Shown: piece after piece, positions 29,968 through 40,346 of the stretch
How positions within the stretch are numbered: position 1 is the first letter of the stretch
How the letters are laid out: each line of letters starts with the position of its first letter
Virus record (IMG/VR): IMGVR_UViG_3300033075_001920
Length of the DNA stretch: 64,000 nucleotides
Strand: one strand, 5' to 3'
DNA from: a virus
Lineage: Duplodnaviria; Heunggongvirae; Uroviricota; Caudoviricetes
Notes under the pieces: generated by a model
Seen by the model: the letters and a program-made list of their open reading frames with translations, nothing else
Told to the model about the DNA's origin: nothing
The model's database searches: none
Program-made: the position numbers and the translations under genes

Positions 29968-30315
29968 ATGAGAAGTGAAAAAAGTATATTCTATGCCAAT
30001 CGGGGTGTGAAACGAAACAAAAAGCCGATTCAGAATATCATTTACTGGTTTATATTACTTCCGGTTGAAAAAATAGAAGCCATTGTTCCGGGCAGAGCTC
30101 AGGAGTATGATATATACAAGTTCAAAGATCTTGGCTACCTTTGGATGGACTGGGCTCACCAAAAGGATTATAATAAATGCAAAATCAAAAACATTCATGG
30201 ATTTATTACTCCGGAGCGATTAAGAAAGACACTTGGTCAGGAGCAATATTCTAAATTTTGCCAAGGCAAAAGAGAATTCATCATCCAGCGCAGAATTAAT
30301 GGGAATAACACTTAA
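29968..30315 (+). CDS. hypothetical protein
   Basis: ORF preceded by TACATTTG. Confidence 0.7.
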   Translation: MRSEKSIFYANRGVKRNKKPIQNIIYWFILLPVEKIEAIVPGRAQEYDIYKFKDLGYLWMDWAHQKDYNKCKIKNIHGFITPERLRKTLGQEQYSKFCQGKREFIIQRRINGNNT

Positions 30316-30331
30316 AATAGTAGAATAGTAA

Positions 30332-30538
30332 TTGGATAAAGTCAGACAGAAATGCATGGTAAAATGCAGCATAGGGCCTTATACCGGCCTTGAAACAATA
30401 TACTGCTGGTCGAGCGATTCGGAAGAAGAAATAAAAAAAATATGCAAGCAGCAAGTTTTATCCAGGCTTAATCAAAAACCATTCGGAAAAGAGATCTATA
30501 CAATTATTGAGAGAAAAGATGAAAAGCATAAAGCTTAA
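30332..30538 (+). CDS. hypothetical protein
   Basis: ORF. Confidence 0.55.
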   Translation: MDKVRQKCMVKCSIGPYTGLETIYCWSSDSEEEIKKICKQQVLSRLNQKPFGKEIYTIIERKDEKHKA

Positions 30539-30698
30539 TAGCGCGACTACTGTAATAGATGAAGAGAAGTTTGTAAAGAGCCATCAGGATATAATTGAGT
30601 TTAATAAAGGCAAGGATTTCATTGCTCCGTATCAGGAGCGCTTAGATACTTATTTAGAGATTAAACGCAAGGAAAAAGAAGAAGGTGCTGCCGGCTGA
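30507..30698 (+). CDS. hypothetical protein
   Basis: ORF. Confidence 0.55.
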   Translation: MREKMKSIKLNSATTVIDEEKFVKSHQDIIEFNKGKDFIAPYQERLDTYLEIKRKEKEEGAAG

Positions 30699-30705
30699 TT
30701 CGAAC

Positions 30706-30900
30706 TCAACATCTTTTTCCATATGAATTCAGATTGCAATTAGGACATAGCCTAAGCCGCTTTACATTCATTTTAAACTCAGCTTCATTAGTTTTTGTAA
30801 CGTTGGGGGCTTCAATTCTTTGTTCATGACCGCAATGCTCACAGACAATTTTTGCACTTGTCTCAAATCCCTTAAATGTATCAATACTTAATACTCTCAT
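30706..30900 (-). CDS. small Zn-finger protein (CEHC...CPNC)
   Basis: two CxxC pairs. Confidence 0.6.
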   Translation of the reverse strand: MRVLSIDTFKGFETSAKIVCEHCGHEQRIEAPNVTKTNEAEFKMNVKRLRLCPNCNLNSYGKRC

Positions 30901-30943
30901 TTTTATGACATAAAAAAAACTTCAGTTAATCCAAAGTATGTAT

Positions 30944-31179
30944 ATTGTAGCGCATATCCTGCAAATGTTGTTTATGAATATAGCAAATTTGTTGTAAATA
31001 CTTTATTAATCATAATTATACAGAAGTGTCCCAGCTTTGTTACGGGGACAGAACTGTTGTAAATATGAATACAAAATTGTAAGATATCGTTTCCTGGTTC
31101 ATCGGCTTCACAAGGAAGTCTCCACAGGCACACCGCGGGTACACTCCCGCTGCAATCAGAGAACTGATGTGCAAATCTA
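30944..31179 (-). ncRNA. TnpB/Cas12f-like guide-RNA scaffold copy C with degenerate mini-array
   Basis: homolog of 45387-45522 and 47319-47427; promoter TAGATTTG; TTTACAAC repeat ends at 31056 and 30991. Confidence 0.7.
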
Positions 31180-31881
31180 GTGGATTTTACAAAGTATAAA
31201 AATTTTTTAGCAATTTATTTAGTATTATTATTGAAAATAATTCTAATGGTAACAGTTTCACTGGGAATTCCTACTATAAATCAGGCTGACAATCTAAAGG
31301 TTGCAATGGCTGAATATAATAGCCTTTGGCACCATCGGCATGTTATCATTATAGACAACGGAAACCAGAATATTGACCTTGAAAATAAATTCTTAAAAAA
31401 GGTTGCAGTCATGCCTTATAACATGGGTGTTGCCGGCTCTTGGAATATAATAGTCCAAAATATGATACAGAAAGGTTACACGCATGTAGCACTTTTAAAC
31501 GATGATATCATATGGAGAAAAAGCGCAAACCAGATAGAGGAATTTATAGCCCAGAATCCGGCTGATCTATACCTTGGAAACCGTGCTTGGTGTATTGCTG
31601 TATTGCCGGTTGATACATACTTAAAGATTGGCAAATTCGACACAGAATTTAAAGGTGCTTACTTTGAGGATAACGATTATGAATACCGTATAAAGCTCGC
31701 CGGAATGAAAATTCTCAAACATGAATTCTTTAACCCGGATGTATTTGACTCTTCCGCATCTATTCGAAAAGACCCAGCCTTAAATGTCAATTTTGAGATG
31801 AACAAGTGGAGATATCAGCAGAAGTGGGGCGGAGCACCCGGTTATGAAAAATATTCAACACCAATGAATGGAGGGTTATAA
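31180..31881 (+). CDS. GT2-family glycosyltransferase; start likely 31246
   Basis: IIIDNG, NMGVAGSWN, LLNDD, YFEDNDY. Confidence 0.88.
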   Translation: MDFTKYKNFLAIYLVLLLKIILMVTVSLGIPTINQADNLKVAMAEYNSLWHHRHVIIIDNGNQNIDLENKFLKKVAVMPYNMGVAGSWNIIVQNMIQKGYTHVALLNDDIIWRKSANQIEEFIAQNPADLYLGNRAWCIAVLPVDTYLKIGKFDTEFKGAYFEDNDYEYRIKLAGMKILKHEFFNPDVFDSSASIRKDPALNVNFEMNKWRYQQKWGGAPGYEKYSTPMNGGL

Positions 31882-32572
31882 AATGAATTTAAATCAAAAA
31901 ATCAATATTGTTCTCATCTTGGCGCTGGTTGTGCTTATACTCCTCAATATTGATTCATGCAACAGGGCGCAGGATACCGAAAGAAGGCTCACTTCAGTTA
32001 CAGAAAAATTTACAGTTAAGGTAGGTAAGGACAGCGCCATCATTGCCACTCAGGCACAGAATGTATTGACACTAAAAGAAGCTTTGGCTCTCGGAACTAT
32101 CGAAAGGGAAAAATACATGAAGGATATTGTCAGTCAGATAAAGGCTGAAATAGGCTTCTCTGTAAAAACCATTCCGGTACCATACATTGATTCAGTGGAT
32201 AGGCTTGTATATATAGACAGCAATACCCTTGACACTTCAATTTATATCAAAACTCCGCTCCGCGTAGCCCGGCATTCAAAATTCTTTAACTTTGCCGGCA
32301 CAGTAAAGTCCAAAGATTTTACAATTGATTCCTTTTCAATGTTCACAGATCTTCGTGTTACGGTTTTCGAGCAGAAGGATTCCAATTGGTTTAGGCGTAA
32401 TATTTTAGGCAAATCAACTCCGGTGGTTGAAATAAAGAGCAGTAATCCGGATACAAAGTTTAAATCCATGAGCAATGTGCAGATTAAGACCAATAAACCA
32501 TTTTACAAAAAAGTATGGTTTGGAGGTATAATAGGTGCAGCTGCAGCGTTTTGGATATCATCAAAAATATAA
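31868..32572 (+). CDS. membrane protein with N- and C-terminal hydrophobic segments (possible spanin-like)
   Basis: TM-coiled-coil-beta region-TM layout; function inferred. Confidence 0.55.
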   Translation: MEGYKMNLNQKINIVLILALVVLILLNIDSCNRAQDTERRLTSVTEKFTVKVGKDSAIIATQAQNVLTLKEALALGTIEREKYMKDIVSQIKAEIGFSVKTIPVPYIDSVDRLVYIDSNTLDTSIYIKTPLRVARHSKFFNFAGTVKSKDFTIDSFSMFTDLRVTVFEQKDSNWFRRNILGKSTPVVEIKSSNPDTKFKSMSNVQIKTNKPFYKKVWFGGIIGAAAAFWISSKI

Positions 32573-33201
32573 AGTCCAATCTTATGACCACAAAAAAAAC
32601 CGTCGATTCAAAACACGCAAAAGCTAAAAAATTTGGGGCTCCAAATATTGTTGATTCTCCACCTGTAAAGGAAAAAAAGGACAAGAAGACCGGGGCTATA
32701 AAATTGCAAATTGAAGAACGAAAAAATCCGGATTCTGATCCATATGTAATTATGGTCAAGAATGCCAGTGATAACACGGAGACTATCAGAATCTTTGCTG
32801 AAAATGCCAAAGGACCGATCAACCATCCGTATGTTCATGTGTATTCCCGCGACCCTAATGCAAATTATGAGAACATATTAAAGGAATTCAGGGCAAAGAA
32901 TGTTGTAATAGGCTTGGTCTACATTCAAAAAGATGATTTATGCAAGCGCTTGCCTTTTATTTTGAAATATAAAGTACGAACCTCTGCAAAACATGTTCGC
33001 ACTGTGGTGCATAAAGTTACCATAGACCCATATCAGATGCAAACCTCTGTTATAGGGTTCAAACCTCCGATACAGAAGGTAGGAAGGCAAATGCTTTTAA
33101 ATCAAAATTCATGGATTGAAGTGGAGCTTGGTGCTGATGAAAAAATGTGCATCAGTTTCTATCCACACAGCAAAGAAACAATGGGCTATGAGCCAAAATA
33201 A
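32515..33201 (+). CDS. hypothetical beta-rich protein; start likely 32584
   Basis: ORF. Confidence 0.7.
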   Translation: MVWRYNRCSCSVLDIIKNIKSNLMTTKKTVDSKHAKAKKFGAPNIVDSPPVKEKKDKKTGAIKLQIEERKNPDSDPYVIMVKNASDNTETIRIFAENAKGPINHPYVHVYSRDPNANYENILKEFRAKNVVIGLVYIQKDDLCKRLPFILKYKVRTSAKHVRTVVHKVTIDPYQMQTSVIGFKPPIQKVGRQMLLNQNSWIEVELGADEKMCISFYPHSKETMGYEPK

Positions 33202-33268
33202 GCAAAAATATAGACTGATTATACCATAAAATCAAAAAAAGCATAAAATCACGCATAAATAGACATAT

Positions 33269-34099
33269 ATGATTTCCCCTATTATTACCATAATCCATCC
33301 ATCGCGTTCCAGACCCGAGATGGCATTTGAAACAGCAAAGAACTGGATGTATAAGGCTTTATCCCCAGAGGGTATTCAGTACGTTCTAAGCTTGGATACA
33401 GATGAACCTATGATGGAAGAATACGACAGGCTTTTTAATTTTGACGAGATTTTACCACTTCCTGCCAGAGATTCCTTTGTGAAATGTATTGCTCCGAACA
33501 AAACTGCGGTAGAGGCAATTAATGTTGCAATGAAGGCATTATGTCTAATGAAATCCGAAGGAGGGTACAATGTTATTTTTCCAAGGCGATCTACGGGCTT
33601 AGATAACTCAGAAAAAGATAAATCTAATAACCTGATCATTGTGGTATCGGATGATTTTGACTGCCCTAAGCACTGGGATGATTTTCTAAGAAGTCATCTT
33701 AAAGCTATGCAGGATTATATCGTCAAAGTGGACGATGGTAATCAGCCTTGGCTTATTACCCTACCCATCATGGATAGGGTGTATTACAATCGCTTTGGAT
33801 ACATCTACAACCCACTTTACAAACACATGTTCTGCGACACAGAAATGACGGCAGTAGCAGACATGCTGGGCAAGACTGTTAACTTAATAGATCCGAACTA
33901 TGTGTTTCGCCATAAACATTACACCACCGGCGGAATGACCAAGGATGCTATTAATGAGAAAAACGATGCTACCTGGAAGCACGGTGAATCTGTATTTTAT
34001 CCAAGGCTGGATAGAAACTTTGATTTACCACCAGAACAGATAGTGAGCACGGAGTGTAAAGAAAAGTATTTTGCCGGTTATAAAAGCAGGTTAGGATAA
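33269..34099 (+). CDS. GT-A fold glycosyltransferase
   Basis: IIHPSRSRP, VVSDDF, HMFCDTE. Confidence 0.8.
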   Translation: MISPIITIIHPSRSRPEMAFETAKNWMYKALSPEGIQYVLSLDTDEPMMEEYDRLFNFDEILPLPARDSFVKCIAPNKTAVEAINVAMKALCLMKSEGGYNVIFPRRSTGLDNSEKDKSNNLIIVVSDDFDCPKHWDDFLRSHLKAMQDYIVKVDDGNQPWLITLPIMDRVYYNRFGYIYNPLYKHMFCDTEMTAVADMLGKTVNLIDPNYVFRHKHYTTGGMTKDAINEKNDATWKHGESVFYPRLDRNFDLPPEQIVSTECKEKYFAGYKSRLG

Positions 34100-34659
34100 T
34101 GGAACTGAGTATTTTGATATGTACCATTCCATCCAGAACAGCTATGTTCACCAGGCTGCTTGAATCGATTCATTCTCAGATTCAGGGAGCAGGACCAAAA
34201 GCTTTTGAGGAAATTGAAATTATTTCCAACAGAAGTGCCGTTGATATTGTAGGGAAGAAAAGAAATGATCTTCTTCAAAAAGCGCAAGGCAAGTTCATTG
34301 TCTTCATAGACGATGATGATTATATTCTGGATGGATATGTGCACGATATTTACCATGCTATAAAAAACAATCCGGACATTGACTGCATTGGAATATCAGG
34401 GTTTATGACAACCAATGGTGCTGGTAAGAGAGAATGGCATATTTCAAAAGAGTACGGAAGCTGGTTTGAACAGGATGGCATTTATTTCCGTACACCCAAT
34501 CATATTTCACCGGTTAAAGCAGAAATTGCAAAATCGGTTGGATTTCCGGAAAAGAATTATTCGGAAGATTACGAATACAGCATGGGGATATTACCTTTGC
34601 TGCGAAAAGAAGTAAAAATAGAAAAGCAAATTTACCACTATAATTATAACAGCAAATGA
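34099..34659 (+). CDS. GT2-family glycosyltransferase
   Basis: LSILICT, KKRNDLL, FIDDDD, YSEDYEY. Confidence 0.88.
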   Translation: MELSILICTIPSRTAMFTRLLESIHSQIQGAGPKAFEEIEIISNRSAVDIVGKKRNDLLQKAQGKFIVFIDDDDYILDGYVHDIYHAIKNNPDIDCIGISGFMTTNGAGKREWHISKEYGSWFEQDGIYFRTPNHISPVKAEIAKSVGFPEKNYSEDYEYSMGILPLLRKEVKIEKQIYHYNYNSK

Positions 34660-34913
34660 ACAACTTAATGAGCGATCAGGAGTATCAACAGCTCGAAAAA
34701 TTACTCCAAAAAATGCATGCCGATGTTGAATCTGACTTTGTGATTGTTGCAGAAGCCCATAATCATACTTCAGAGCAGGGACAGGTATCAAAGGTTGTGC
34801 AATTTCAGGTCAATGTCAGAACCAATGAAACCCTGTTTCAACCACCGATGGAAAACGGCATCTATCAGCAGTTGGTTCTGATTGAACAGCACTTAAAACA
34901 ACAGCAAGGATAA
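34656..34913 (+). CDS. hypothetical protein
   Basis: ORF. Confidence 0.6.
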   Translation: MNNLMSDQEYQQLEKLLQKMHADVESDFVIVAEAHNHTSEQGQVSKVVQFQVNVRTNETLFQPPMENGIYQQLVLIEQHLKQQQG

Positions 34914-34914
34914 T

Positions 34915-35283
34915 ATGAAAGAATATATGTATATCGCGCTTTCTTTTACCCTAAAGGGTCAGGATCAAGACGCCATTATTAAGGAAATAAAAGCGCTGGC
35001 GCTAGTATATCCGAACACTATCTTAGTACATGGCTTCATGCCTAGAAAGTTAGTGATTGAAAAAGGTTTCAGCACGGCTATTGTTGATGCGCTGGAAGAA
35101 AACTTCCCAATACAACTTAATCTTTATGACAATGGACCCCTGAGGAAAGAAATGGCATCATTGATTTCCCAAATGAACGGCTTTGTAGTAATTATAGGCG
35201 AGATTAAAGAAGGTGTTGAAGAGGAAAAGTTGTTTTATAAAAATGCTGGGATTACGCGCTTTATATCTATTAGTTTAAATTAA
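34915..35283 (+). CDS. hypothetical protein
   Basis: ORF. Confidence 0.6.
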   Translation: MKEYMYIALSFTLKGQDQDAIIKEIKALALVYPNTILVHGFMPRKLVIEKGFSTAIVDALEENFPIQLNLYDNGPLRKEMASLISQMNGFVVIIGEIKEGVEEEKLFYKNAGITRFISISLN

Positions 35284-35289
35284 CTATTA

Positions 35290-36573
35290 ATGACTCAGCC
35301 AAGATTATCTATACTGATTCCTTCGGTGCCAACCAGATTTCATCAGACCACAGCTCTGTATCGCAAGATTATGAATATGATCGGGGATATGGACATAGAG
35401 GTTCTGATGTTCATGGACAATAAGAAGCGAACCATTGGTGAAAAAAGAGAAAGTCTTAAAAATATCAGTCAGGGAAAGTACTTTTTGTTTGTCGATGACG
35501 ATGATGATTTGGTATCAATTAAGCCGGTGTACGAAGCAGCCATGCAGGATGTGGATGTAATTACCTACAAGCAGAGATGTCGCAATCAGGACGGTTCTAA
35601 TTACATTATTACTTTCGGACTCGGGAACGAAATAGAGCATAACACTGAAAACGGCAGGTATAAAGATTCTAAACGACCACCTTTTCACGTTTGCGCCTGG
35701 AATGAGAAATTCAAAAGCTATCAATACCCGGCAGTCAACTACGCAGAAGATTGGGGATGGTTAAAACAGGTAATACCGCTTGCAAAAACCGAGATACATA
35801 TTCCGGAGATTGTGCACAGTTATAATTTTGACATCAATGTATCGGAAGCCTCTACTGAGAGTAATCCGGAATGGAAGAATCCCAATGAGGTTAAACCACA
35901 GCCGCCAAGGATAAAAAGAAGAGCAATTGTCAATCTGGTTACAAGAAATTCACCCCATTATATTCAGGCTCAAGCAAGACTCATAGATAGCCTCACCCGC
36001 GTAAATTCGGCTTCCCAGTTTGATGTATATACAATTATTGGAGAAGAATCAGTAAGTGCGGATCCGCACAGCCAGAATCCTTATGCATTTAAAATCAATG
36101 CCATTCAGATGGTAAGAGATCAAGGATACGACCAGGTTTTCTGGTTTGATGCCTCCATTGTTGCCACAAAGGATTTAACCCCTATATGGCAAAGGCTCGA
36201 GCAGAATGGAATATTTATGGAAGAAGCCGGCCACTGGGCAGGTACTTGGTGCAATGATTATGCGCTCAAATACTTTGGACTCACAAGGGAGCAAGCCATG
36301 ACCATCCCGATGTTTGCGGCCGGTTATGTAGGATTTGATTTCACTCATCCGGATGCAATTGAATTCTTTGCAGCCTGGAGAGAATCTATGCTCAATGGTT
36401 GTTTTAAAGGTAGCTGGAGCGATCATCGCCATGACATGACATGCGCCAGCATCATAGCTCACAAAATGGGTATTACAAACAAGTACGGAAGCGGAGGCGA
36501 ATTCTTCGCTTATATCGGACCGTCATTTAGTAATCCAAAACCAACAGTAGTGGCAGAACTAAGAGGTATATGA
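35290..36573 (+). CDS. two-domain glycosyltransferase (GT2 plus second GT-A domain)
   Basis: FVDDDD in domain 1; AFKINAI...WFDAS...HRHD in domain 2. Confidence 0.85.
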   Translation: MTQPRLSILIPSVPTRFHQTTALYRKIMNMIGDMDIEVLMFMDNKKRTIGEKRESLKNISQGKYFLFVDDDDDLVSIKPVYEAAMQDVDVITYKQRCRNQDGSNYIITFGLGNEIEHNTENGRYKDSKRPPFHVCAWNEKFKSYQYPAVNYAEDWGWLKQVIPLAKTEIHIPEIVHSYNFDINVSEASTESNPEWKNPNEVKPQPPRIKRRAIVNLVTRNSPHYIQAQARLIDSLTRVNSASQFDVYTIIGEESVSADPHSQNPYAFKINAIQMVRDQGYDQVFWFDASIVATKDLTPIWQRLEQNGIFMEEAGHWAGTWCNDYALKYFGLTREQAMTIPMFAAGYVGFDFTHPDAIEFFAAWRESMLNGCFKGSWSDHRHDMTCASIIAHKMGITNKYGSGGEFFAYIGPSFSNPKPTVVAELRGI

Positions 36574-37178
36574 ATACAAAATTTGACATAGAATTATACA
36601 ACGACGATTTCTTTTTATGGCATAAAACACATGCCCATGAATACAGTATGAAAAACATGCAGTGGTATGTTGAAACATTTCATCCGTATTCGGTAATTGA
36701 TTTCGGATGTGGTATTGCCTCTTACCTGGAAGCCGCCTTTTTTAAAGGAGTAAAGATTCTGAGCGGACTTGATATTGCAAGAGATCAAGCTTTGCCTCAC
36801 ATGCATCCGGAAATAAGGGTATATACACACCAAATGGATTGTGCCGCGCCACTTCCGGATGATTTTGTGTACAAAAATGCGTTTGAATGCGTGCTGAGCT
36901 TTGAAACAGCTGAGCACATTGAGCCGGAAGGTTCAGAGCAGTTTGTAAAAAACATAGTGGAGGCAAAAGCCCTGCAGGGAAGAATTCTCTTTACCGCAGC
37001 ACCTCCCGGTCAGGAAGGTACCGGCCATATCAACTGCCAGCCAAAGGAATATTGGATAGATCTGTTTGAAAAAAATGGAGTAAAGAACAAACCGGATATT
37101 CAGCAGCATATTGCCGGTATATGGCAATCACAGGGCTGCCCAAGATACATACACGATAATTTATTGATATTTGAATGA
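36570..37178 (+). CDS. class I SAM-dependent methyltransferase
   Basis: VIDFGCG, SFETAEHI, TGHINCQ. Confidence 0.88.
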   Translation: MNTKFDIELYNDDFFLWHKTHAHEYSMKNMQWYVETFHPYSVIDFGCGIASYLEAAFFKGVKILSGLDIARDQALPHMHPEIRVYTHQMDCAAPLPDDFVYKNAFECVLSFETAEHIEPEGSEQFVKNIVEAKALQGRILFTAAPPGQEGTGHINCQPKEYWIDLFEKNGVKNKPDIQQHIAGIWQSQGCPRYIHDNLLIFE

Positions 37179-37825
37179 ACCAACCAAAAAAATATTCACA
37201 AAATGACGAGGAGTTAGTTATCAAACAATACTTCTTTGGTCAAAACCCCGAAGAGCTTACTGTTCTGGACATCGGCGCCAATGACGGGATAACGTTTTCC
37301 AATTCTTATGGCCTTATAGCCGATGGGTGGAACGCGCATCTACTAGAGCCATCCGCTAAGGCATACAGCCTGATGGTAAGCCTGCATAGCGAGAATCCAA
37401 GGGTAAAATGCCACGGATACGGCATTGCTGATTTTACAGGCACTGCAGCATTTTTAGAATCCGGAAGCTTTGAAAACAAGGGGGAAGATATTGCCCTCCT
37501 GAGCACCTTACACGAGAAAGAATTAAAGCGCTGGGGAGATAAAGTAAAATTCGAGCAGGTGCAGGCCCACTTCTACACCTTCGCAGATTTTATGCGCAAT
37601 CCCCTTTTAAACCATAACCAGAAGTTTGATTTCATCACCATTGATGCAGAAGGTTCGGACTGGGATATACTCCAGCAGATTGATTTGGATGCGGTAGGAT
37701 GCAAAATGTTATGCGTAGAATACAACTCCTTGCCTCTGTTTAGAAATCTGTTTACCGATTACGCTTCGAAATTCAATATGAAACTCAGGTCTTTTAACGC
37801 TGAAAATTTGCTATTTATAAAATGA
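37175..37825 (+). CDS. FkbM-family methyltransferase
   Basis: YSQNDEE, LDIGANDG..SNS, ITIDAEG. Confidence 0.9.
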   Translation: MNQPKKYSQNDEELVIKQYFFGQNPEELTVLDIGANDGITFSNSYGLIADGWNAHLLEPSAKAYSLMVSLHSENPRVKCHGYGIADFTGTAAFLESGSFENKGEDIALLSTLHEKELKRWGDKVKFEQVQAHFYTFADFMRNPLLNHNQKFDFITIDAEGSDWDILQQIDLDAVGCKMLCVEYNSLPLFRNLFTDYASKFNMKLRSFNAENLLFIK

Positions 37826-38952
37826 AAGAATTTAAATCATATAACCAGATTCCGATGGGAAGGGAAGGACTGGTAGATCTATTCAATGAATTTGCCAAGG
37901 ATGGTTGGACTCCTATTCATATTGAGCAAGTTACAAAAGGCGAGCAGGGTGATTCTCCTGGGTATAACTTTGATCCAATTGAAGGGGTATCTCAGGAAAG
38001 AAGTGGCACCGGTGCAAAGCAAGGGTCTACAACTTGGCAAAGAAGTGGTTATTTCATCATTTTCAGCCGGGAAAAATTAAAGCTGCCCAATTGGAACAAA
38101 CAACCTTTGGAAAATAAAGATGTTTTCCCAAATGTGGTGTCTATCGAGCTGGGGCAAGACATTGAAGTTCATAAAGCTAAAATTACTCAAGAATCGACAC
38201 CTGAAGTATTAAACCACTCACCGGCAGTTACCCAGGAAGGACCTACAGGATTATCAGGACCTATTGATACTATTGTTCAATCAAAAATTGCGGAAGATTC
38301 GAGTCCGGAATTTATGCTAAACGACGGGCCCAGACAGCTATTCCCAATCACCATTGTAATGCCGGTATTCGGCAGACCGGAGCAGACCGCCAGAGCAATA
38401 CAGTCTATCATTGATCAGAAAATGCCAAGGTTTCAGGCAATTATCATTGGGGATGCATGCCCTGACTTTGAAGCTAAGATGATAGATGGTTCATATGCAA
38501 AAATCAGGGAGGAACAGGCAGCATTAGGCAGGGAGTTTATCTTTATCAATTATGCGACTCATAAAGGCGGATGGGGATACAGCCAGCGCAACGGAGCAAA
38601 AAAGCTTATTAAAGGAGATTATGTCTGCTTTTTAGATAACGATGACTTTATCATTCCTGATCACCTGACAAATTACTATAATTCAATAGCCGGTCAAAAT
38701 TACAGGTTTGTGATTCACGACGTACAAGTTACCACCGGTAATGGAGGACATATAAGAACTTGCCGCGCGGAAAGGGGATTTGTAGGACATGCCGAGATGG
38801 TGATAGAATCGTCGTACTATCAATCTATGGCCGATCAAAGTGACCAGTATGGACACGACTGGGAACTGTTTTTAAACCTCCAGAAGCATTGTGTTGGCCG
38901 TTGGGCAGAATCGCATAAAATGGCATCTTACATCATTGTACAAGGAAAATAA
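37822..38952 (+). CDS. GT2 glycosyltransferase with N-terminal extension
   Basis: ITIVMPVFGR, IIIGDAC, CFLDNDD, GHDW. Confidence 0.82.
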   Translation: MKEFKSYNQIPMGREGLVDLFNEFAKDGWTPIHIEQVTKGEQGDSPGYNFDPIEGVSQERSGTGAKQGSTTWQRSGYFIIFSREKLKLPNWNKQPLENKDVFPNVVSIELGQDIEVHKAKITQESTPEVLNHSPAVTQEGPTGLSGPIDTIVQSKIAEDSSPEFMLNDGPRQLFPITIVMPVFGRPEQTARAIQSIIDQKMPRFQAIIIGDACPDFEAKMIDGSYAKIREEQAALGREFIFINYATHKGGWGYSQRNGAKKLIKGDYVCFLDNDDFIIPDHLTNYYNSIAGQNYRFVIHDVQVTTGNGGHIRTCRAERGFVGHAEMVIESSYYQSMADQSDQYGHDWELFLNLQKHCVGRWAESHKMASYIIVQGK

Positions 38953-39242
38953 TGGCATCAAATAAATACATACCAAGACCTATTGAAGTGGAAGCTGAGC
39001 AGCTTGTGGTATATACTCAAAAGGAAGTACCGGATTTTATCCAGATACACGGCATTACCTTTCCTGTATACACCGATTTGTTGATTAATAACAAAAACAG
39101 TCGGCCGTATATCCTAATTCCAACAGGAGATCTATTACGCCCGATGCAGGCAAATAATATGGATTGGATAATAAAGGATTCACAAGGTAAGTTTTGGGTC
39201 AAAACCGATTCACAATTCGAAAGAGAATATCAAAAAAAATAA
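38952..39242 (+). CDS. conserved-type phage protein
   Basis: YIPRPIEVEAEQ...DWIIKDSQG..W...F..EY. Confidence 0.65.
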   Translation: MASNKYIPRPIEVEAEQLVVYTQKEVPDFIQIHGITFPVYTDLLINNKNSRPYILIPTGDLLRPMQANNMDWIIKDSQGKFWVKTDSQFEREYQKK

Positions 39243-39255
39243 AAACAAACCACAT

Positions 39256-39618
39256 ATGAACGAAGAAAAAAAAGAACCAAAATTCTATCCGGCAGATACC
39301 TATTCCTTAGGTGCGTTGCCGGATAACAAAGAAGTGAAAGTACTGCTTAAAAATGGCATTATGTGTAAGTGCCATAAAGTTAGCGCTATATTAGTCAATG
39401 GTAAAATAGCCGGCACACTTGACAAAGTATATGAGCAATGCAATTCACTTTGCTCCCGGTTTGAGATTGGCGTAATAAAAACATCTGAGCAGGATGAAGG
39501 CGTTTACGTTGTAAGACAGACCTGTGAAACGTTAGGAAAGCAGTTTGCCCTGACTAATGCAGTAGATCCGGCATCTTTGCTTCCGGAGAAAAAGAAAAGC
39601 AATTTGTTAGTGAACTGA
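39256..39618 (+). CDS. hypothetical protein
   Basis: ORF. Confidence 0.65.
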   Translation: MNEEKKEPKFYPADTYSLGALPDNKEVKVLLKNGIMCKCHKVSAILVNGKIAGTLDKVYEQCNSLCSRFEIGVIKTSEQDEGVYVVRQTCETLGKQFALTNAVDPASLLPEKKKSNLLVN

Positions 39619-39620
39619 TT

Positions 39621-39983
39621 ATGCGCTCTCCGGAAGAGTATCAACAAACGCAAGAATGGGAGCCAAAGCCGAGGGTGTGGGGATATACGTGCTTAAAACA
39701 CCGCATCTTAAGGCTTTTTGGTTTTTTCATATATGAGTTTGAAGCCGAGCTTCCAAGTGAAAAAATCATACACTTAAACGGATATGATATTGATATAGTT
39801 AAAGAATATGCATCAGACACTTTATTGAAAATAGGGTATCATCACTATCAGACCGCCAAGATTATTCAAAAAGACACGATTACAAACCATATCACCGGAA
39901 TGTATAAATTCAATTTGGATAAGAAAGAATGGTATTTCGAGGATTACACTCCTATACTTTACGCAAAAAAAACCACAAAATAA
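39621..39983 (+). CDS. hypothetical protein
   Basis: ORF. Confidence 0.6.
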   Translation: MRSPEEYQQTQEWEPKPRVWGYTCLKHRILRLFGFFIYEFEAELPSEKIIHLNGYDIDIVKEYASDTLLKIGYHHYQTAKIIQKDTITNHITGMYKFNLDKKEWYFEDYTPILYAKKTTK

Positions 39984-39992
39984 CATACATAT

Positions 39993-40346
39993 ATGCTACT
40001 AAGCTTTGCTGATAATTCCATCAATATTGACTCTCTAAAAGGCATTATTGCCTCAGAGAAAAAGAACCTCAGGGATGATAGAGATTATTTCAACATCGTC
40101 CATAGTGAAAAACTACAGCTTGAGGATGAAAAATCAAAATTGCTCGACAAGCTTCTGACTACAATGACCAAGATTAAGGAGCTTACAAATGAAATGGTCC
40201 GGATTGACACGCACATGAATAAAACCGTTGAAATGATTGTCAATCGTCAAAAGGACATCGAGCAGCGCAAGCTGGAAAAAGCCCGGCTTAAACAGGAACA
40301 AATGGATGCAGAGCAATCAGAAGCAAACGATACAATAGAAGAATGA
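39993..40346 (+). CDS. coiled-coil protein
   Basis: heptad-rich. Confidence 0.65.
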   Translation: MLLSFADNSINIDSLKGIIASEKKNLRDDRDYFNIVHSEKLQLEDEKSKLLDKLLTTMTKIKELTNEMVRIDTHMNKTVEMIVNRQKDIEQRKLEKARLKQEQMDAEQSEANDTIEE

